Assembly: GCA_943350765.1 (NCBI GenBank)
Contig: CALRAJ010000004.1
Span: forward strand, 19,309-83,308
Direction of reading: 5' to 3'
Length of the DNA stretch: 64,000 nt
Source of the DNA: Candidatus Tayloriibacteriota bacterium
GTDB lineage: Bacteria > Patescibacteriota > Minisyncoccia > Phycocordibacterales > PALSA-1337
Below the pieces are notes generated by a model that worked only from the letters and a program-made list of their open reading frames with translations, did not search any database and was not told the origin of the DNA. The translations under genes were made by a program, and so were the position numbers. This document shows, in pieces, positions 58,523 through 64,000 of the stretch (position 1 is its first letter; each line of letters starts with the position of its first letter).

Positions 58523-59770
58523 ATGAAAAATACTTTTACAAAAAGATTATTAGCATCAACACTACTTACAGCCATCGTGATGCTTTTTGTTGGTACACTT
58601 GTAGCTATTCCAGTCAATATATCTGCCCAAGCAGGCACCCAAACTACCGTAAAGGAAACTCCTTGTGTTTCCACCAAAGATGCATACTGTCTTCTCGAGC
58701 CACTCTCAATAGGTGGAAAAGTTGAGACAAAAGTAGCCATAGCCGACTACCTGAAACAACTATTCAAAATAGGTATCGGTCTTGCTGGGCTTTTTGCAGT
58801 ATTTATGATTGTGTTAGGTGGACTTGAGTATATGAGTACTGATGCGGTTACCAAAAAGGAATCTGGCAAAGAAAAGATACAAAATGCTCTCATCGGTCTC
58901 GCTCTCGCCCTCGGCTCATACCTCATACTAAACACCATAAATCCCCAGCTACTTGAGTTTAGTGGGGGACTAGAGCCAGTGGGTACTTTAGCGACAAGAG
59001 AGAGGTATGATGACGGTCTTCAAGCTCGTCTCAATAATATTGAAAATGGCAGACAGCGCGAAAGGGCACTGAGAGCCGATGGTCAAGCAGAAGCAGCAGA
59101 TGACCTCCATCGAGAAGTTCAGGTTGTGGATATTATTGATAGAACGATACTCAACCTACAAAAAAAAGAGGGGGACAAAGCAAACACAAATTATATCCAG
59201 TCTGCAAAAGCTAGTATCGGTCAGCAATACGACAAAGCTATAGTAAAAATACAAACAGCTATTGAAAAAGACAGGTCTGACCGAGCCACAAAAAAAGCAG
59301 GTATAACGACCCAGATAAAAGACCTCGAGTCTTCGGGAGTGCTTACAGCAGACCAAACTCAAAAATTAGCAGACCTTAAAAATGAATTACTGGGATTGGA
59401 AAACTATGTAAACGAAAGCGCTCGATTGACTGAAAAAGTAAGTACTTTGCGAAAGCAAAAAACAAATTCATTGGATGTAATGGAAAAATATTTTATTCAT
59501 GAAGTAGAAACTATTAAATTTACAAGCAGTACCCAAACCATATTTCGTGCATTAAGAACCTACTCAGACACCACCGCAGCCAAAGTTGCAAAAGACCTTG
59601 TGGTTAAAATTTCTAGTGAATCAGAGCAACTAATAAAAACATCTAAGAATGACCAGCCAGAATTAGCTATAAAAATAAAAAATGATAGTGATCAGAGAAT
59701 ACAAAGAATAACAAGTTGGCTCGCACAAGAATTCAAAAAAAACCTTAACGGCACCGAAACAACAAACTAA
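58523..59770 (+). CDS. VirB2/TrbC-like pilin with a long coiled-coil C-terminal extension
   Basis: Signal peptide, then two adjacent TM helices (IGIGLAGLFAVFMIVLGGL; ALIGLALALGSYLILNTI) typical of T4SS pilins, then ~250 aa predicted coiled coil. Confidence 0.5.
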   Translation: MKNTFTKRLLASTLLTAIVMLFVGTLVAIPVNISAQAGTQTTVKETPCVSTKDAYCLLEPLSIGGKVETKVAIADYLKQLFKIGIGLAGLFAVFMIVLGGLEYMSTDAVTKKESGKEKIQNALIGLALALGSYLILNTINPQLLEFSGGLEPVGTLATRERYDDGLQARLNNIENGRQRERALRADGQAEAADDLHREVQVVDIIDRTILNLQKKEGDKANTNYIQSAKASIGQQYDKAIVKIQTAIEKDRSDRATKKAGITTQIKDLESSGVLTADQTQKLADLKNELLGLENYVNESARLTEKVSTLRKQKTNSLDVMEKYFIHEVETIKFTSSTQTIFRALRTYSDTTAAKVAKDLVVKISSESEQLIKTSKNDQPELAIKIKNDSDQRIQRITSWLAQEFKKNLNGTETTN

Positions 59771-59772
59771 CC

Positions 59773-61062
59773 ATGTCCAAAAAAACCCTCATTACTCTCA
59801 TACTCCTCCTTCTTCTCATCACTGCAGGGATTTTTGGCTACTTTTTTTATTCGATCAGGCCCACGCCCCTCGTGATAGACACCAACAAAGACAAAAACAC
59901 CCATTTTCCTTTTGGTAGCGGTAACACTTACCCCACAAATACTGGCAGAGATACTGCCACCAGTACAGGTGCTACAAGTACTTCTACCAGCACACGGAAC
60001 ACCTACACTCGCACACCCGCCCTACCAGTACTCCGCCACCTTTCTACAGTACCTACCGCAGGGGCAGGGGCTTATGACAGCTCTCGGGGCACTCAGATAC
60101 GCTACATCGAGCGAGGCACTGGCTACATCTACCAAGCCAGTAACCTAAACCTTGACCAGATCAAGCTTTCAAATACCCCGATTATAAAAATCTACGAAGC
60201 GCTCTGGACAAGTAAAAATAATGCCTTAATTATTCGCCGTCTCAAGGGGGATACTGACACCATCGACAGCTTCTACAGCACCCTCAACACAACCCCAACC
60301 ATAAAAAACGCCTCGAGTACGACCTCTTTATCTGACTCACTCATTTCCAGCGTATCTTCAGACTACCTAGGTGCAAACATTAGCAGTGCAGTGTTGTCGC
60401 CAAAAAAGGACTCTCTTTTTTACCTAATTCCTGATGGTAGTGGGGGGGTATCTGGTATTATTGCCAAAGTAGATGGAACTAAAAAAGTACTCGTCTTTAG
60501 CTCACCCCTCAAGGGTTGGGTCACACAATGGCCTGCAGATAACACCATCGCGCTCACTAGCAAATCTTCCTCAAAGAGTGCTGGCTTCTTATACTTTGTA
60601 TCTAGTCTGACGGGTTCTTCGACCAAAGTACTCGGAGGAATAAACGGCTTTACAACCCTGACTAGTACGGATACAAATACCGTCCTTTATTCAAAAACCA
60701 ACAACGACAGCTTCACGCTCAACTCATTTAATGTAAAAAATGGCAACAAAGAACAAATAAGCCTCACCACCTTGCCTGAAAAGTGTGTTTGGAGCGCAAA
60801 AGAAAAGAATAGTGCTTATTGTGCGGTGCCAAAAAGTATTCCAAGTGGTAGCTACCCAGAAAGCTGGTATCAAGGGAAAGTATTTTTCAACGACGAAATC
60901 TGGAAAATCGACACTTTTATAGGAACACTCGAGCATATTGCTGACCTTAATAGTCTGTCTGGGCAAGAGATTGACGCGACAAACCTAAGTCTAAATGGTA
61001 AAGAAGACCTGCTACTTTTTACAAACAAACAAGACCTCACCTTATGGAGCTTGGATATATAA
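59773..61062 (+). CDS. membrane-anchored Ser/Thr-rich beta-rich protein
   Basis: N-terminal TM, low-complexity TST linker, repeated hydrophobic beta-like segments. Confidence 0.45.
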   Translation: MSKKTLITLILLLLLITAGIFGYFFYSIRPTPLVIDTNKDKNTHFPFGSGNTYPTNTGRDTATSTGATSTSTSTRNTYTRTPALPVLRHLSTVPTAGAGAYDSSRGTQIRYIERGTGYIYQASNLNLDQIKLSNTPIIKIYEALWTSKNNALIIRRLKGDTDTIDSFYSTLNTTPTIKNASSTTSLSDSLISSVSSDYLGANISSAVLSPKKDSLFYLIPDGSGGVSGIIAKVDGTKKVLVFSSPLKGWVTQWPADNTIALTSKSSSKSAGFLYFVSSLTGSSTKVLGGINGFTTLTSTDTNTVLYSKTNNDSFTLNSFNVKNGNKEQISLTTLPEKCVWSAKEKNSAYCAVPKSIPSGSYPESWYQGKVFFNDEIWKIDTFIGTLEHIADLNSLSGQEIDATNLSLNGKEDLLLFTNKQDLTLWSLDI

Positions 61063-61070
61063 GATAGTGA

Positions 61071-61393
61071 CCCCGAATTACGAAATACCGTCGCAGGCGT
61101 ATCTTTTCGAGGGGGCTCGCAGGTCGACGAGCGAAGGCGAGGAAGATACTGCATCTACCAAGATACATGTGCATGGGTAGCCCTCTGCCTTCGCTAAAGC
61201 TACGGCATGGCGAGGGAGATTTCAGAGATTTTTCAGTAGAAAAATACTCGTACCCCATCTACAGGTGGTCTATTGGTTAGGAATAGACATCTGTGGACGA
61301 TCTATCCCTAACCGATAGACCTCGAAAAGATACGCCAAGAAAGGGTCGATCGTTTGTGATCGACACCTGTAGACGGTATTTTGTAATTCTGGG
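61071..61393. repeat. expanded composite MITE-like element (copy E, ~320 bp with nested palindromes)
   Basis: Family termini ccccgaattacgaaatac...tattttgtaattctggg enclose extra inverted repeats (catctacaggtg/cacctgtagacg; ggttagg/cctaacc). Confidence 0.65.
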
Positions 61394-61402
61394 TAGTGAA
61401 AA

Positions 61403-62140
61403 CTAGGCTTTCTCAGCAATATGAAACTTGCGACGCACCACTATCTCCTGACCGATAGCGAAAATGTTACTGACAGTCCAATACAGGGCTACTGCTGACA
61501 AGATATTGTAAGAGATAAAGAACACCATGACAGGGAAAACATATTTCATTTGCACTTGCATACTACGAGCCAAATCATCTTTGAAGCTAGGCTGTGTACC
61601 TGTATTAGCTGGCGCAGTAATCGCTGGTATCGCAAACTTGATCTGAAAATACTGCGATATAGCAGCGACTAAAGCGAGCCATGTGCTCTTTTGCCCTATA
61701 TCTACAATACCGAAAAATTGCATGTTCACTGCAAGTGGGGTATGGATAAACGAGTAGAGTAGGTCTGTGTTGATTGTGGGTAAGCCAGATTTTAAAAAGA
61801 TAGAGTATAGACCAATAATGATAGGGAACTGGATTAATATCAGCACAATACCTCCAAATGGGTTTATTTTCTTCTCCCGATACAAATCCATGGTTTTTTG
61901 ACCTTGTGCTTGCTTGTCATCTTTATACTTTACACGAATAGAAGCTAGTTCTGGCTCCAACGCTTTCATTTTGACCTGAGTAACAATAGCCTTTTTTGCT
62001 AGTGGAAAAAGTACCAGCTTTACAACTATCGTCAGAATGATAACCGCCAATCCAACATCCGCCCAAGGTAAAACTCCAATAAGAAAAATAAGTCCGTTGT
62101 ATAACGGCTGGTAAACAATCTCATGGTACAAAGTCATCAT
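61403..62140 (-). CDS. yidC: membrane protein insertase YidC (short form)
   Basis: Five TM segments, conserved ...PLAKK...K...L.PE...I..KYKDD...M.LYREKKINP; classic position next to rnpA. Confidence 0.85.
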   Translation of the reverse strand: MMTLYHEIVYQPLYNGLIFLIGVLPWADVGLAVIILTIVVKLVLFPLAKKAIVTQVKMKALEPELASIRVKYKDDKQAQGQKTMDLYREKKINPFGGIVLILIQFPIIIGLYSIFLKSGLPTINTDLLYSFIHTPLAVNMQFFGIVDIGQKSTWLALVAAISQYFQIKFAIPAITAPANTGTQPSFKDDLARSMQVQMKYVFPVMVFFISYNILSAVALYWTVSNIFAIGQEIVVRRKFHIAEKA

Positions 62141-62199
62141 ATATATGTATACTATCCTACTTGACGATGATTATCAATAAATCCTTTTTAATTTATTTA

Positions 62200-62338
62200 C
62201 CTGAATTACGAAATGCGTTGAAGGCGTATCTTTTAAATGGACTTCGCAAGGCGGGTAGCCGAGACTTGAGAGATTTTCTAGTAAGAAAATACTCGTGCCA
62301 TTTAAAAGATATGCCGAGAAAGTATTTCGTAATTTGGG
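62200..62338. repeat. MITE-like palindromic element (copy F)
   Basis: cctgaattacgaaatgcgttgaaggcgtatcttttaaatgg...ccatttaaaagatatgccgagaaagtatttcgtaatttggg. Confidence 0.7.
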
Positions 62339-62345
62339 TTGCTAC

Positions 62346-62687
62346 CTACAAAATAAGCCCAGACTGCTTGAGTAGGGCAGTGATTTCTTTTTTTATTTGA
62401 TCAAACGATAGCCCAAGTGAGCCAGTTTTAAAAAGAAATACAGCTGAGACACCCTTTTTTATCTCAGGTATAAAACCTTCTACCGAGGAGATTGCTCTTC
62501 TACGAAGAAGATTCCTATCTACTGAAAGTATTGCCACCTTTTTAGGTACAGTTACAGAAAAAGTACTAGGTGTGATATCGTCCTTTTTTATTCCTCTTAG
62601 AACTATATGTGGTGAATGAAAAGAAAGACCTTTTTTCAGGACCTCTGCAAAAACAGCCTTATGTACCCTCAATTTACGAGGAAGCAT
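62346..62687 (-). CDS. rnpA: ribonuclease P protein component
   Basis: MLPRKLRVHKAVFAEVLKKG...; basic; immediately downstream of rpmH. Confidence 0.8.
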   Translation of the reverse strand: MLPRKLRVHKAVFAEVLKKGLSFHSPHIVLRGIKKDDITPSTFSVTVPKKVAILSVDRNLLRRRAISSVEGFIPEIKKGVSAVFLFKTGSLGLSFDQIKKEITALLKQSGLIL

Positions 62688-62701
62688 GTATTTTGGGTTG
62701 A

Positions 62702-62836
62702 CTAAACAACGAGACGAGTGCGTCCTTTGGCTCGACGACGCTTTATCACATTTCTACCAGCAGTAGTACGACGACGCTTTATAAAGCCGTGTGATCTTGC
62801 TCTCTTTCGCTTTTTTGGTTTGTATGTAAACGACAT
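62702..62836 (-). CDS. rpmH: 50S ribosomal protein L34 (44 aa; absent from the ORF track because it is under 60 aa)
   Basis: Manual translation [44 protein letters not shown]. Confidence 0.85.
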   Translation of the reverse strand: MSFTYKPKKRKRARSHGFIKRRRTTAGRNVIKRRRAKGRTRLVV

Positions 62837-62938
62837 AAAAAACATCATACTCTGTATTAGCTAAAAAATCAAGTCGCTTCTCTACCTACATCTAAAATCA
62901 GCCCTAAAATCCCATAATGGTGGTTATTTCTTAATTTA

Positions 62939-62995
62939 CCCCAAATTACGAGATACTGTCGTAGGCGTATCTTTTAAAAGGACTTTCACATCGGT
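62939..62995. repeat. half copy of the MITE-like element inside the rpmH-dnaA origin region (copy G)
   Basis: ccccaaattacgagatactgtcgtaggcgtatcttttaaaaggactt, then the similarity ends. Confidence 0.55.
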
Positions 62996-63045
62996 AGGGT
63001 GGTGTGCCCACTGCATACTTCATTTTGTTATTTAGGTTAAATTTC

Positions 63046-63095
63046 TTATCCCCACCTTATACACATCATATGCACATAAATGTGTGTTTTCCACA
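63046..63095. promoter_or_regulatory. cluster of three one-mismatch DnaA boxes (TTATCCCCA, TTATACACA, TTTTCCACA) upstream of dnaA; candidate oriC or dnaA autoregulatory region
   Basis: Three near-consensus TTATCCACA 9-mers within 50 bp, AT-rich surroundings, conserved rpmH-dnaA gene context. Confidence 0.5.
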
Positions 63096-63146
63096 AGTTC
63101 AGTATTATTATAAAAGGTATATACTAAGTGAGTAAAAATTTAATCT

Positions 63147-64000
63147 ATGCCACATACACTCGTCGATAATTCTAAGCTTTGGGAAAATGTACTAGTGGAG
63201 ATTGAGCTTGCGGTATCAAAAGCCAACTTTAGTACATGGTTTAAAGGGACATACATCTCCAAACAAGAAGATGGTGTTGTTTTTGTGAGTGTACCAAATG
63301 CTTTTGTAAAAGATTGGCTAAATAATAAATACCACAATACTATACTAAAAATCCTTAGAAACTTTAGCGAGCAAGTTCGAGCGCTCGAGTATATTGTTAC
63401 CAAAGATGATGGTAAAAAAAGGGAAGTCCTCGATAGCCACAAACCTTCTATTACTCAATCAAACACAGAGCTACCTCTGCACGACTTTTATATCAATAAA
63501 GATGATAACCTGAACCCAAAATACACCTTTGATAATTTTGTGGTTGGACCATTTAACGAGCTTGCCCACGCTGCGGCTCAGGCAGTGATTAGAAAACCGG
63601 GGGTTACCTACAATCCTTTTTTTGTATATGGCAATACAGGGCTTGGAAAAACCCATCTTACTCAGGCAATAGGTAACCATATAAAAAATACTCATCCTGG
63701 AAAAAAAGTATACTATATGACTTCTGAGAAATTTACTATCGAATACATGAATGCCGTGTCTATTAATAGCCAAAAGGTTAATCAATTTAAAGAAAGATAC
63801 CGAAAATATGATGTTTTAATTGTAGATGATATTCAATTTTTTGCAGGAAAAGACAAATCTCAAGAGGAGCTATTTCACCTTTTTAATAGCCTGTACGAAA
63901 ACAACAAACAGATCATCTTTTCTTCTGATAAACACCCAAATTTCATTCCAAACCTAGAAGAACGCCTAAAGTCTCGTTTTGGGGCGGGTATGATTGTTGA
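63147..64000 (+). CDS. dnaA: chromosomal replication initiator DnaA (3' end runs past the window)
   Basis: Manual translation from ATG 63147: MPHTLVDNSKLWENV...AAA+ Walker A GNTGLGKTHL, Walker B VLIVDDIQF, SRFGAGMIV; absent from the ORF track because no in-window stop. Confidence 0.9.
   Translation, partial: MPHTLVDNSKLWENVLVEIELAVSKANFSTWFKGTYISKQEDGVVFVSVPNAFVKDWLNNKYHNTILKILRNFSEQVRALEYIVTKDDGKKREVLDSHKPSITQSNTELPLHDFYINKDDNLNPKYTFDNFVVGPFNELAHAAAQAVIRKPGVTYNPFFVYGNTGLGKTHLTQAIGNHIKNTHPGKKVYYMTSEKFTIEYMNAVSINSQKVNQFKERYRKYDVLIVDDIQFFAGKDKSQEELFHLFNSLYENNKQIIFSSDKHPNFIPNLEERLKSRFGAGMIV

Noticed and set aside
63140-63785. Minus-strand ORFs 63140-63442 and 63471-63785
   Set aside because: They are antisense to an unmistakable dnaA reading frame on the plus strand that starts at 63147.

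Overview
This 64-kb window comes from a low-GC, gene-dense, reduced genome, probably a Patescibacteria/CPR bacterium (Saccharibacteria-like); that lineage assignment is an inference. It runs from rpmB (L28) to the replication origin, where the gene order yidC - rnpA - rpmH - [DnaA-box region] - dnaA closes the window and dnaA is truncated at the edge. All calls rest on reading the translated ORFs and the raw sequence; no database searches were run.

Main content:
- Housekeeping genes: comEC (in two pieces), sod, rnhA, recJ, a HIT hydrolase, pgk-tpiA, nusA, ppa, rsmE, clpP, rny, hup, the CCA-adding enzyme, xth, a Xer-type recombinase, rpsO, comM/yifB, an M23/LysM peptidase, uvrD/pcrA and rsmA/ksgA.
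- A complete type IV pilus operon on the minus strand (11.4-18.2 kb): pilB, pilC, three pseudopilins and a large LVIVD beta-propeller protein.
- A 14-kb type IV secretion (conjugation-like) cluster at 47.4-61.1 kb. It contains VirB6/TrbL-like, PrgI/VirB3-like, a VirB4 split into two ORFs, a VirB2-like pilin, several secreted or membrane proteins and an embedded NYN nuclease. This is the most system-like novelty candidate in the window.
- A tRNA region at 27.4-32.6 kb holding tRNA-Gly(UCC), tRNA-Pro(UGG), tRNA-Gly(GCC) and tRNA-Arg(UCG). Each tRNA-Gly is followed by a conserved ~200-bp structured module whose end mimics the tRNA 3' half in inverted orientation. The two modules bracket a small island carrying an RNHCP zinc-ribbon protein, a membrane protein, a TrmB regulator, YraN, and a 17-bp direct repeat of the tRNA-Pro 3' end.
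- Three short GC-rich islets (7.4-9.0, 18.4-19.2 and 35.9-36.7 kb) whose composition is clearly atypical for this genome, suggesting horizontal acquisition.
- At least three families of small palindromic repeats. The largest is a ~140-bp MITE-like inverted-repeat element present in seven copies, including one half-copy inside the origin region.
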